Source: Haplodiscus bocki (Eukaryota). Taken from it: a stretch of 64,000 nt of DNA. The DNA is taken from positions 28,706,001-28,770,000 of the forward strand of contig OZ296652.1 of NCBI GenBank assembly GCA_965655095.1, in the 5' to 3' direction. Under the pieces are notes generated by a model. The model worked only from the letters and a program-made list of their open reading frames with translations. It made no database searches and was not told the DNA's origin. A program made the translations under genes and the position numbers. Below are positions 51,406-64,000 of this stretch, piece after piece. Position 1 is the first letter of the stretch. Each line of letters starts with the position of its first letter.

Positions 51406-54400
51406 TCAGACAGACATCAATTGAGCAAAACTTCATTCCAATGGATTGATTCAATCAAAATTACGCCGGTCGAGCGCTTGAAAAATTTTGTCCCGCGCTT
51501 CACCTACGTTTATTGCTGGAGCCTCCACTTGTTTTCGTGAAAGTCTTTTCTTGAATTTTCATTGTGAGCCTTGTGCAGACGTCTTGATGTTGGCTGAGCA
51601 ATGTTGAGAAACAAACATGGCACAGTCACAATCGTCAATATGAGTCATCTCGTGAGGTAAGTCCGAAAAAGTGTGGCATTTTTGCCTGAAATAAACACTT
51701 TCAACGAGCAATCGCTGTTTCCGAATTTGGTTTGTTGCCAAATTTTTCCCACAGAATAGAAACCATGATTTCGAGAAAAATTGACATTGAAATGCAAATA
51801 CTTTTAAGGAACCTCGATCATTTGGAGTGAAGGACACTTTTGTAGGCTCAAGCACTTATGCCTGACTGTCTACTTAGTTTGAAGCAACGAAATGGTCTCG
51901 GACTGAAAGCAAGAAACAGTGTTTCAATCTCAGTAGGGCGTATTAGATAGCCGGCATGAGAAGATCCCTTTTGACCGGAGATTTGACATTTGGCTCGGTG
52001 AAAAAGTATCTGCTCATATTGTTTCTGCCTAGTTGTAAAACTATCAGGCATGAATCGAAAGTAACTGAAAAAGAGAACCAGCGACTGCAGTGAAAAACTC
52101 TAACAATTTAGTTTTTTTACCCACTAAGTTCAAACTGAAATTTGGTTTACTTTCAAAAAGATTAATCTTTGATGCGCGATGTAGAAAGGTATTGCAAGTT
52201 GCCCAAAGAAGTAATTCGAAACAAAACAAAAGAATTCTCCAGCTGCGTCACAGCGAATGCCAATATTGCATGGAACACATCTACCACAAACAAGTTGGCA
52301 AAGCAGAATTAAGCTAGAGTCGATGTTTCCTCATGGATGACTGCGCATTCTTTTCTTCAAGGTACTATAGTTGAGAGGTTGGCAAAAAGCGTTGCAAACT
52401 AAGAGTTATTAGAGCCTTTTCGCTGCATTGCCGAAAGTTTGCATCGCCCTTTGTGACCCTCTGAAGTACACTACCTTTCGAAGAAATTTTTGAATTCTTT
52501 TCAGTGTAGATGCGGATTTGACCAATGAACAGAATCAAGATGCCTCTCTTCCTTAGATATTGGAAAGCAGAAAACGAACGGGAAAATGCAGAGTCTCCAA
52601 TGTTCCGAGCGATGCTTGAAATTCTGCTGACTGAAGCATCCAGACAGACGTTTAACGCCTAATATCAATAAGCCGCGTTTTAAATTGGGCGAGCATTTTT
52701 TTGGTTCTTGATTCAAGGTTTCTCGAAGTCAAGGCTTTTTTCACTTTCATTCATTAAATCGCTGTTTAGCAACAAGATCTTCAGGTCTTCTCTATAATCT
52801 GATGAGTTTTGATGTAATATCATAAATTAGCGTTTTAAACGAAGCGAGCATTTTCGGTGATTCTTTGTATGGGGTTTCTCGAAATCAAGTCTTTTTAGTT
52901 TTTATTCCTCAAATCGCTTCTGAGCATCAAGAAATTCAAGTATGCTCTTTATTTTGATGAGCTTTGATGTGGAAGAAAACAGGTGATTTAAAAAACAGGC
53001 CGAAAAACACCTTGATTTTTGAAAACTGCATTCTTGACGATAACTCTTCAGAAGCATTTTTCTGTATTTTGTTTCAACGCATCAACAGATTTTGGTTTTG
53101 AACTGACATCTGTGGATCCTTTAAATAACTTAAAAATTGCTTCCTGTGAGTTATAACTTGAAACAGTGCGGCTGAACTTTTATAAGTCCAAACAGCGCTG
53201 TTTCTTGTATTCACTCGGATCAAGTGAACATTTGTTGTTAGTATAATAGTTTTCAGTTTCATCAATAAAACCACTGATCAAAATAAGACAGCAGCTTCCT
53301 TTTGTGGCAACAGTATTCAAAACTTTTTCCACGCACCTGTTTTCCATAAACGAAAAGTATTGGGAATGTTAAAGCGAACTTTCCAGAAAACCGATGCTTG
53401 GTCTTTCATTGTTCATAACGGCTGAAAAAAATTGCAGCGTGTGAAGAAGTTTTCCAAATTTCTTTTTTCTGTTTCAACAGCTGACTGATAACGTATTCTG
53501 GGCCTCTTTCCATTTTTCTGCTACTTTGTTGCGAATGCTTTGCCATGAACACAATGAGAATTTGCCGAAAAAAACTTCGAGAAATATTGGAATAGATTTG
53601 GATAGTGTTTCTACTCGTGTTTTTAAGGATGCAAACATCACTTCTTAAATTTCATGCTTCGGTGGTTTGAAACTTTTGCGAGACCAACTTCTGAACGAGA
53701 GTTGGCTCAGTCGATTTCACTTTGCTGTTTGAATTTTTGTTTCCGAGCTCGCATTGTTTGTAAATCAAATTTTCAGTTGCTAACGGATGTCTACAACCAC
53801 CGTTTTTGATGCCGTTTAAAGAGCAAAAATACTTCCTAAATGAATCATCAGTTTGCAGTGAAATTTTTACTGTTCTGAAACTGATTATTGGACTGCTGAG
53901 CATTTGCACAAAAACGTTAATACAATTAGGAAACCTGAAACACATTTTTTGAAATGAGTTTGCAACAGATTGGTTTTTTCAGAAAATTTTGCTCTTAGCT
54001 AACGTGAAACTAACTTTGTGTTGCTGTCACTGTGCTGTTCGGGCTCGACCGATAAAGTAGTACCTTATTTCAATTGTGTTTGAATTCGAAAATGTTGACG
54101 TCAAATTCTTGAGCTCGGAGCTTCTTTTCAGAAAGTCTTTTTTTTTCACGTTGATGACTAACTTACGTCCAATTGTTCTCCAACGTGATTTTTGCATTAG
54201 CCCAAGATTTTACTTAAATGTTGAATTGCGCTCAAAGGACTATAACCATTTCTGCTACAAGTTGCGTGAGGTGCGGCATTCAGAGAAAGACTTTGGGTTT
54301 GAAGCAGTGTGAGACTTACGTTACTGTTTCATAACATGGTCTTGAGTTCAACCGACTTGTAGAACAAATGACTGATTCAACTGAAATTACGCTTTTCGGT

Positions 54401-57400
54401 GTCAGTGCAAAAATGCACCATTTTCAGTACGTTACTTTTCTGAACGTTGTTTAACTTGCACTGACTTATTTTCGACCAGGGGTTGTGAATTCAGACCTGC
54501 AGGTCAATTTTGTAGGCAAAATTAGAGCTCTAGAACAGCCTTGTGATGTATATTTGCAAAGAAGCATTTTCAGACAGCCTTGAGCTTCCATGCTTCAAAA
54601 GTAACCGTTCATTACATTCAATTCACTTTTTCGTCTTTGCGAGGCTTCGCATCAAAAGCTTCGTTTACCTCAGACGACTGCAAACACCTCCATTGGGATT
54701 TTGCCAAAGCATGGCGTCTTCTGAATGAAATTAGGCTTCGTATAATACAAGGCTAACGGTCGACTGTTTCCAAATATGGCTTTAGGCTCACCGGTACTTG
54801 TACATCTTGTACGTACTTGTTTAGTTGAGGCGAAGGTGTAGAACAAACTTTTGGGAAGATATATCAGAAACACGGCAGTTTCAGACAGACTTTTTCTTTT
54901 CCGTAGGAGAGTAGTAATGTTTAATTGCTTCCAAATAACTTTTGGGCTTGCACAATACTATCCAATACTTTGGTAAAATGCGAGGGACTGAAGCCACAAT
55001 TTGTCAGTTAGTTTGCAAAAGTACGGTATTTTTAGGAAGTGTTTCGGTTTTATGTAATGTGATACTAATGATCGGTTGTTTTTAGATATTATTTTGGGCT
55101 CATTAAGTCAAGCGAATGAAAGTTTTGATTGAATATTTTAACTGTTTGAAATCGCGTTTTTTGATGTGCATTGGAAAAATGTTGTACTTTTCAAAGACCC
55201 TTTTGGTCATCGGCATTGAGAGTTGCGATCATTTTTTCAGAAGATGACTTTTTTGCTCCCCGAAACTTGAATATCGAATATTTAGCTGCAGGTCCAGCAC
55301 AACTCTCTCGCAGCACAATGATTCTGCGAAACGAGGCATTTTCAGACAGACTTTTTGTTTCCCATTTTATCAGAATAATGTTTAATTGCTCCCAATTGGA
55401 ATTTGGGATTTCCCAAGCCAATGCAATAAAAGTTCAATTGAAATCGGATTCTAATCGCTCAGCACTTTTGGACTCACCAACAAACATTTAATTAGGTCGG
55501 AGTTATAGAAGCAACTTTCTGATGTGAATCTGCGAAAGAACGGCTTCTTCAGAAAATCTTTCGGTTTGAGGCGTTGTGACACTCACGTTTAATTGCTTTC
55601 CATTAAGCGTTTGGATTCACCCCAAAGACATTCATGGAACGGTTAGTTTGGCTGGTTCATTTCAATTCGGAAAGTTCAGAGTTTTTGGGTTTTGAGCCTT
55701 TACAGTCTGCCATTCAATTGTTTCATATAATGATTTTGGACTTGCCCAGTTATGCGTCAAATTGTTAACTGAGTTCGGAGTTCCAGAATTATCTCCTCGG
55801 ATGCGAGTTTGGTAACCCACGTCTTTCAGAATTTCTTTGGGTTTTAGGCATTGTAGGACTAACGTTCAAGTGTTTCCCATCGTGGTTTTTGGACTCGCTT
55901 AGACTTCTATTATTTCCGCCCGAATTTAATTATGGAAAGAAAATCGTCAGCACGAGACACTGAAATTGAACGTTTTTTTTTCACATTTTCGTCAATTGAC
56001 AATGTCCGATTTGACGCTAGTGTGCGTTTCCGAGTTTGAAAATTTTTTATCCGTAGAACGCGACTGAAATTCTGGGATTTCTCATAAGGTACCAAATTCG
56101 GGTACAAAATCTTTCTTAAAAAAGATGGTTTTTCCCCCAAAACTCTATGATTTCTGTCAATGTAGAAACTTTTTTCATATAATGGATTGCTCGCAAACAT
56201 ATTCAAAATTTTTCCAGGGAAAATTTGTGGAACTGTCAAATCTACGTAGAAAATTTGCTTTGCCAACGAATTTTGACAGTTGGTTTACTTAGTGTGTACT
56301 TAGTCAACAAAATTCAGTTTCGGTTGAATTTGTACTTTGAGCTTTCTGACTTAAAAAAGCTTTCGGTTTAGAAGTCAAATATTGCATTTAACTGTCAAAT
56401 CTAATTTGGGTTAGCTCTTGCGGTTTCACTTGTCATTAAGCTGTCAGATAAGTTTTCTTAGTCGATATACTGCAAAACTTTCTTAATTGTGCAAAAGTTG
56501 CAGAGGAGCCAAAATAGCACTAACCCCCCCCCCCCTTACAATACTATTCACCATTATAATCTTCCAAAAAATTCTAAGAATATTTTGTTTCTGGTACTTT
56601 TGTCCAAAAAGAATATTCCCGAAGTTATTCGTGCTTAAAGTTGACTTAGGCATTAAAGTTGTCGCATTAATTAAAATCACTACTGTATATGGCCCAAGTA
56701 GGTATACATTACACGATCGTGTGAAGATCTAACAATTTATGCATTTTATCAGATCAGAACCAAGCCTAATTAACCCAGTGAGGAGAATATAACGGAAAAT
56801 ATCATGTGATAGGAATTTTTATTGCTAATGAACATGCTTGAAAGTATCAAAACTGCATTCTTCTTGATTATGTGGAATTTTTATTGGTTTAATTTTTATG
56901 AAGATAGATTCAAAATACCACAAAATTTTGTTATATTCACTTTATCTTGTCTTTTTGGATATCATTATTGCTGCTTTCTGAACCGAAGTCCTTCTTGGTT
57001 CGCAAGCTAGTATTGGATTCTGACTGTTTTGTAGTGGAAGCTCTCAAAACTCAGGAACGAAAACTTTTGGTCCTTAAATTCTCGTATGGGATGTAGGAGA
57101 TGAATTTTTCCAAAGATGCATCACTGGGAATAGGGCAGTGCTACAACGGTGCATGTATGTGCAAAGCGCATTCACAACAAGAGCTTGTTATGGCTTTTAT
57201 CTCTGACAGGGCTGCGGTACATACATGCACCCGCAGTACGTTATCCCTGTGGTGGCAAACCCGGGAAATGAACAAGCTAACCGGTTAAGGATTTTTTCAT
57301 GGGCTGAACATATGGAGTTAAACCTTTACGCCGCCCATTATTTCGTGCATCCATGATAGCGTAGGGGGAGGAGTTAAAAAAGATTCAAAGTTTTATCAAC

Positions 57401-57588
57401 GAATCAACAGTAGCAATCCGAAAATGGCCCAGCCAGCGCCGCCCGTAAGGCACAAAATACTCATAGGACGGGAGCCTTAAAAGTTTGAAAACTTTCAATT
57501 TTCGGAAGATATTGTCATAAACAATGCCTATAACAAAAAAACAATGCGGTGTTTCTCAAAACGTTTGACATTTTTCTCTTGAAAATTA
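51406..57588 (-). repeat. right arm of large inverted duplication
   Basis: Ends at ...ctcttgaaaatta|c, mirroring c|taattttcaagag at 41312. No target-site duplication outside the arms. Confidence 0.97.
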
Positions 57589-59303
57589 CAGGATTACCAA
57601 TATGGCGTATGGGGGGGGGGGAAGGAAGGGGTTATCACGAACATTTTTGGAAATGACTCCTCGGAAAAATTTTGAAATTACATCACAAAAGTTTTCTATA
57701 AGCTTTCTTATGAAGGTTTTGGTAACGTTCTACTGATGAAAATATGTCGGGCATTTATTCAGTGGGCAGTTTATTCTGTTAAGTATTAGTATAGTTGGGC
57801 TTCTAGTCATAACTAAAGCTCCAACTAAAAATTTCGCATAAGGAACTGTCGTCGCTTAATCAACAAGCCTATTGAGAGCTCTACAGCTGAATTTCAAAAA
57901 CGGAAATTTCTACTCTGATAATAGAAAGGCCATGGAAACCAACAAAGCCGAGACCATCCATTCTCAATGCGAGCGCTCGGTATCTTTTTGTCTAGGATGA
58001 GTTATCACATTTCTCTTAAAAATGGAGCTTACAGTTGCATTAAATTTTTTCAAAAACGTAAGCACGAAAACTCAGCGATTAAAAGAGCTCTTCACCAACT
58101 CGATGCACTTAGTTGAAAGCGTCGATCACATTAATTTAATATGGTGTGTAGGACTTTCTAAGGATGATATGACACATTGCAAAGTTTCGACACAATAACC
58201 TTTCACATTCAATTTATAAACGAGTACCCCAATGTATATCATTAAATTTGATTTTTTTGGTCAATTTAATAGAAGCAAAATCTTAAAGCGCGGGAGTTCC
58301 TGAATATGAAGTGATGATATCAGCGAAATTTCGTTCTCCCCCAACAAGGGCTCTCGTCATATTCCAAATTGTGTGAAATTAGTAGCACAATAACAATAAT
58401 AATCGAGCAGTGCTGACAAAACATACTAGAAACAATAATTGGAGTCAAGAATCATCTTGTAGATGGAAAAAATTCAACCATTTTGTTAACTTTCGTAAGA
58501 CCAACTGAAACAGTCGAGACCACACACAATGATTCAGATGGTGTCATTTATAATGATTGCAAAAAGAAGCTCACCTTTCCCGCGAGCACACGGTGCAGTT
58601 CATGGAAACAAGCAATCCAGCTTATATACGAAGTAATTAAAATATTACATGTACAATCTTGAACAACTTTCCTGGACCACGGCTTTCCCAAAATGTAAAA
58701 AAAAGACATGGAAAATTGATCCAAGAAAACTAAAACAGATGCTCGATAAAATCAGAATCTAACGTGTCTACAATTGATTGTTCCATCAATTCCATTTTCA
58801 AGGTAGTTCGCAACACATTTCCAGCAGATTTTGCGATTTAGTTGCTTGCTCAACGCTCGGGTGATTCCTATTTCAGATTCAAATTGTTGCACATGCCAAA
58901 ATTTGGCAAATGAGAATCTTTGATGCTTTAGCCTTAATTAATATGACACCATTTATATGACAGATGTGAAGAACATAAAAAAGAAGTCAATAAATATTCG
59001 ATATCAGTACCAAAAAATAACCGTTTGGAAGTTTCACTAATTTCGTTGATTCAAATCCACATATCCAGATCATTTTCTCAACTCTGTGAGACAGCGTATC
59101 ATGGAAGAGTTAAACTAATTTTTTCTCATGGGTCTTATAGCTCATGCTCGGATCAAAACTAACCTATCGAAGCTCGGCGCAACAGTCATTCAGAACCACT
59201 TGGCTCATTTATTCCAAGGTTATCAAAGCCAAACATTATCTCTACTTCAAAAAGCTGGCATAGAACTTCAACATAGGAGACCCAACTTGACTGGCTTTTC
59301 CCA

Positions 59304-59640
59304 ACAAGACGGCCCTACCACCGGCATATTTTGCGCCTTCTCATTTTTGTAAAGAAGCCTTTTAAACAGATGAAAACGTTTTTTTTCTCGAAAAAGCACT
59401 CTTTCATCATAGTTTCTAATTTTGCCAACGTTCAAACTTTCCTGATTTTTTTGCCAAAAAAACCTCATAAAAACGGAGGCAGACAATTTTGAAAAATAAA
59501 ACCATTTGATACGCTTTCTACGGCAAATTTGCCACTTTAGCGATTTTGAAAAAAATTCCAACTTTTTTCCAAAAAGCCCATCTATTTGTCCAAAAAAGAC
59601 TCAAATTTTGAACGTTCCGAGAAATTTCACTGCTTCAGTC
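59304..59640 (-). repeat. dispersed non-autonomous repeat, copy 2 (same family as 415-712)
   Basis: Diverged reverse-complement match to 415-712 with the same CGTCTTGT terminus. Confidence 0.5.
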
Positions 59641-59949
59641 TCTGCAATCTCCACAATCTTGACAATCTAGGCAAAGTTGGCACTCTTGGCTTTTTTGGTA
59701 TGTTGAACTTTTTTGGCCCGTCTGACAATTTTAGCAATCTTGGCAAAAAATTTTACTACGCGAGGCAACATCGTTTTTAGCGCCAGCTCAATTGGGGATC
59801 AACGGGTAAAAAAAGAAACCTATTTGAGAGGAAGATTTTGCTCTCCATATTTTCAACATGGGGCAAAAAATGACATCAACTTGCCTGACTCACCCATATT
59901 AGGTAAAGAAAACTATACGCAATACCTGTTTTACCAATCCGAGATTCAG

Positions 59950-62900
59950 TGACTTTTAGGGCAGACAAAACTGATCGTCTTTGATGTCATATATAACGAG
60001 TCCATCAGCAGCCGAGTCTGTTGTAATCAAAATAGGCACCTGGTTGTCTGCAAACTTCCAAAACAAATTCGCGACCTAATTATTTAAAGTTACCGTGGAC
60101 ACAGGGAACTATACAGTTGGTTTGAAACAAAGTTGAGAGGAGTTGGAGAACAACTTCTTTGGCGACACAGAAAAAGAAGTTTTGAACAGTCATGGTTTGT
60201 CTACCGAGCCATGCAGTATGTCCAGAACTTTAACCTGATTTCAATCTTCAGAGGATAAATCGACAAATTGAGTTATTTGGTAATCCGCACCCAAAGTATT
60301 TGAACCGAAGTTAACTTTACTTCCGTGCAACTATTTAGGAAGTCTTCAGCGGATTGCCACACACGGAATCAAGCCAGGTGGCACCAAACATGAGTCTCTG
60401 TTTCAGAGATCTCATGTTGTCGGCAATCGTCTCGATTTGGATTTCGAAGTCCACGTCCAACAATTAGTAAAGCTCATCCGGCAGCAAAAACGACCCTCTT
60501 ATCAAGACCATCTGTTTGAACTCCATGGAAACCATCAGCCTCTGTCGTGAGTGCCATAATTGCTGGTCGTTTCCCCGCCAGTTCTTAGTCTTGTCAATTG
60601 GACGCTCCTCAAAAACAAACATCGTAGAACCATGAAGGGGTTGCAAATTCTTTGGTGAACAGACACACTTGCTGCGACTATTCCATCATGGGGCGAACAA
60701 GCAACATGACCGGACAACTTTCACCCCGGGCATTTAATTTATCGCAGATTATGAAAACAAAAGGAATATACAAAACGTCGGTCCTGACAAGTCCGACCAT
60801 GTCGACGTCAAAGATCGCAATCGACCATGACTGCTGCTATTGCGATGGGTTTGCCCAAATTTTTGATTTCATAACATGCAAACTTTCTGACCAGCCTCGA
60901 TCATCAGAGCTCATGAAACATCTGGGCTGAAAGCGCCCAGTTAATGGAACTTAGTGGTCGTCAAGATAATGGTCGATTTCGTCATCATCAGTGAGCAAGT
61001 GATCTTTTTCCGAATAAAAAACTCGCCGGTGCAAGTCTCAATTTCTTAAAAATGACCGGTGTTAAAGAAGCCTTCCCACTTCCTGTCGAAAAAGTTATTT
61101 TTGAGCTGAAAAAAAAGAATGATATAGAGTATGAGGAAAGTTTTCTTAGTGTAACCGTATGATAGAAATTTCCTTGTTGGCAAAAGTTGCTCTTTTTAGA
61201 TGTAGGAGGAACTGGCTTTCTCTTATCTTAGAAGTTATATTTGAAGATGGTTATTGAAGTTCGGGCTGGTCAGTTTTTCTGACAATCAGCACTATTGCTC
61301 GTCGAATACTATGAGCACCCAACGTTATCTTATCTGAGGACCAGGAGGAACAGATTTGTAATTGTGAAAAGATCTATGGCGGTAACTGCTTTTTTCTCAA
61401 AAATTGCCACTGATGAGAACCGTTATAAACCTTGTTGTAAAACTCTGCCATTGATCGTTGCAGTAGTTCTGTTACCTATCATACGCCGTCTCAAACGCAA
61501 AGCGGGCAGACAGGGCTTGGAGTTGTTCAGATGACTCGCCGGACTAAAATTACGGGTGCTTTCTGCACTTGGTCAGTAACGATGTCATCCGAAATTAGGT
61601 TTCATATCAACTGGTTGTTTGGGTTCCCGTAGAATGTTTGAGGAAACATGTATCCATTAATCGTCATGCTTGGCTTCCAGGGTCTTCAAGTAAACTTAGG
61701 TCTGCAAGTTGGGCTTCCGGTGTGGGATTTGGTGTATAGCGTGCTACTCAGGACTTGTTACAGACCATAGAATCACTGGGCCAGCCGCCAAAGTGGCTTG
61801 ACCTATCTCGCCTTGTCGCTGAAGCGGGTAACATGATGCACTGGAGGGTTTATTGAAATTGAGTGTCAGGCTCATAATGCTGCAACTCTGGCCAAGGTGA
61901 TTGTCCTGATTGTCTTGGCAACACCCGGACCGTTCGTGCTGATTTCACTTGTACCAACCTAAAAACTGAGACTGTCACCCCGCTCTTATTACTTAACTCC
62001 CGGTATCGGAAAAGTCATTGTAGCCAGAAGCCTCAAACGCAACAGGGAACTACACAAATAACAGCTGGTTCGACAAAGCTGATATGTTGTCAGCATTGAC
62101 TAGCGGGAAGCTAAAATTCAGCATTATGTTCTGTAGTAAGTAATCGCAGAGGTTATACTGATGAATCCCAAATTGGTGGCGCTCATCTAGGGCCTGTGGC
62201 CGAGGATGGAACATTTTCCAGGGGAAAACCTGAAGTGCGATACTTGTCCCTCCGCGGAAGTTAGTGACCGAACGAAATAGTTTCATATATCTATGCTTTG
62301 GCAAGGCAATTCAAGATGTGCACAGGCAGTAGTTCCAAAAAACACTGCTCCTGGAGATTTTCGATTGATGACACAGGCATCCGGGAGTGGTCGAACATCT
62401 TGTACGAGCGCGCCAGCAGAATCCAAGCTTTCATTTGAGATACGACTGTTGATTGGAGGGTTGAGTCAACAAATGGTCAGAGCAACACGGCCTGACTGGT
62501 GGTTCGGAAAGCGCATTCGACGGAAACGAAAGATGAATTGTGGGTTGACCATCTGGAATTGCTCTGTTAATTGTCATGTGGGCATTGGTACACTGAATGA
62601 TGATGCTCGACGACTTCTGGAAAGAGCGTTTAGAAAGCTGCAGAAGTTTGAAGAAAAAACATCTGCTGCATACGACGGCGATATCAGTTGCGACTCTTAC
62701 CGCAAGATGATTCTGGTAGAACAATTTCTCCTAGTCTCTGCAGCCAATCCGACTGATTGAAGATTGAACCTGTGGTGCTCAGCTGCAAAATGAATATTAG
62801 GCCTCGCATCGCAGGATGGCGCCGAGTCATCTCGACGTTATTCCTAGACATTACTGAATGGTCGCTAAAGTCGTCAACCAGGTTTGAATCGTCGGGACAA

Positions 62901-63000
62901 AGAGTGACAAAATAGGAAATAGGCACCCGGGTTATATGAAAGAGAACCCGAACAAAGTTTTCCGATGACAATTTCAGCCCTAAATTTTGTATTGGTGGAT
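59950..63000 (+). mobile_element. very degraded Ty3/Gypsy pol remnant
   Basis: Faint motifs in Gypsy order RT-RNaseH-IN: VNRHT..DY and QI.....YKTSVLTSP (60652-60800), QT...TGLGVV.....AF (~61490-61570), VTDHR (~61757), VVPK..LLEIF..H.HPGV....RAR (~62330-62415), and KTSAAY...NPTD(W).LNL (~62655-62775). Confidence 0.55.
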
Positions 63001-64000
63001 AGCCCATGCGTGCGGAAGAGTATATCATGAAAAAATTGCGAGTTGAAAAGTTGGCTTTAGGAGAGATTGGAAAGATTTGTCGAAAACTTTCTTCGTGAGA
63101 CTGAATTGGAAGTGATGAGTATCTTCAAAAATCGTCGAGTTCGACTGCTGGTAAGGAGAACTTGAACAATTACCATTTTTTTGCAGAATTTTTTATAGCT
63201 TTAGCGGAGATTCAATTGCGAAGGTTAGTAATTCCAGAGTAAACACGTTTCCCCCTCTGTAGGCAGGAACATGGCTGACCCTTGCGGTTCGCAGACTTAC
63301 GCCATCACATCGTTGACGAAAGAAGCGTTCCGCAATTAAAGATCGGCAAAAGTTCCCCGATGACTCCGAGACTGAAACGTCGTTTTCTTCTAGTGATGCG
63401 AAAAAACTTCCGGAGGAGGAAAAGGGGTTATTCTCCGCAGGTTAAAACCTTTGCAAGAGCATAGACAGTACCAGAACTAAAACCTCGGTGTAAGAATGCT
63501 CTAGTTTTCAGTCCCTCAAAAAGTGGTGTCAACGAATCCACAGACGATGATATATGCATCGAAGTTGCCCGAACTGGGCTTCGCCAATGAGGCTACCGAG
63601 CAAGTTAAGTCCGCTAGGTCAACGAGGTCCCAGTTTCGAATTGCGGAACATGGTAACCTTAGCACCGATTGGAATGAAAATTTCGCACCTATTCATCGGC
63701 GCTCCAAAACTCAATTTAAAAATGAAGCTTTCCTTTTAATAAAAGTAAACGGAACAACCAATACCCCATCATTGAAATACCAGGCGTTATATTCAAGAGA
63801 TTTCTAAGGAAAAATAAGATCAAGGAGTTTCGAACGAGCGAGAGCAAAGAACAAAGGTCATAAAAAGTCACCTTGCTGCACAAGAACCTGGAATACTTTT
63901 GGAATCAAGAAGTTATTCGCCAAAGGAGCAGTTGCTGCATTTGAAATATTCGAAAACGGTTCACGTCGAATTTCTGAGCAGCCTGATCTGTGTACTCGAT

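Noticed and set aside
41613-57288. Mirrored 60-125-aa ORFs in the arms as genes
   Set aside because: No recognisable motifs, F/K/L-rich composition typical of chance ORFs, and indels between arms break several of them.
41312-57588. Palindrome as a single foldback or giant-TIR transposon, or as the TIRs of the Maverick
   Set aside because: No TSD, the outer boundary cuts through another repeat, no transposase was recognised, and it lies beyond a host exon outside the Maverick.
40360-64000. Candidate upstream PPIP5K exons at donor-like sites (~47365, ~58575, ~63300)
   Set aside because: The translations do not resemble the expected preceding PPIP5K segment, or the phase or stops do not fit; the next exon is probably outside the window, or I missed it.

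Overview
AT-rich, repeat-dense animal (invertebrate-type) genomic DNA, not prokaryotic. The window holds the 3' half of a spliced host gene on the minus strand, a PPIP5K/VIP1 inositol-pyrophosphate kinase/phosphatase. I could join seven exons in frame by eye (40359->1137); four of them are absent from the ORF track. The introns are filled with decayed mobile DNA. A BEL/Pao LTR-retrotransposon remnant (~6.95-11.8 kb, -) lies in a 9.9-kb intron. A nearly complete but fully pseudogenised Maverick/Polinton (~17.6-39.2 kb, mostly +) lies in a 24.5-kb intron and carries protein-primed PolB, an HD/PLA2-like ORF, packaging ATPase, integrase, minor and major capsid and an adenain protease. Inside it a ~1.4-kb integrase-containing segment has been amplified into six near-identical head-to-tail copies (28038-36576). 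Upstream of the last identifiable exon lies a ~16-kb imperfect palindrome (arms 41312-47686 and 51406-57588) with patchy arm identity. Its spacer has a GC-rich branched hairpin next to an unidentified decayed ORF, plus a 200-N assembly gap. A very degraded Gypsy pol remnant follows (~60-63 kb, +). No rRNA, intact tRNA or CRISPR array was seen. All alignments and identity estimates are by eye, and boundaries of decayed elements are approximate.
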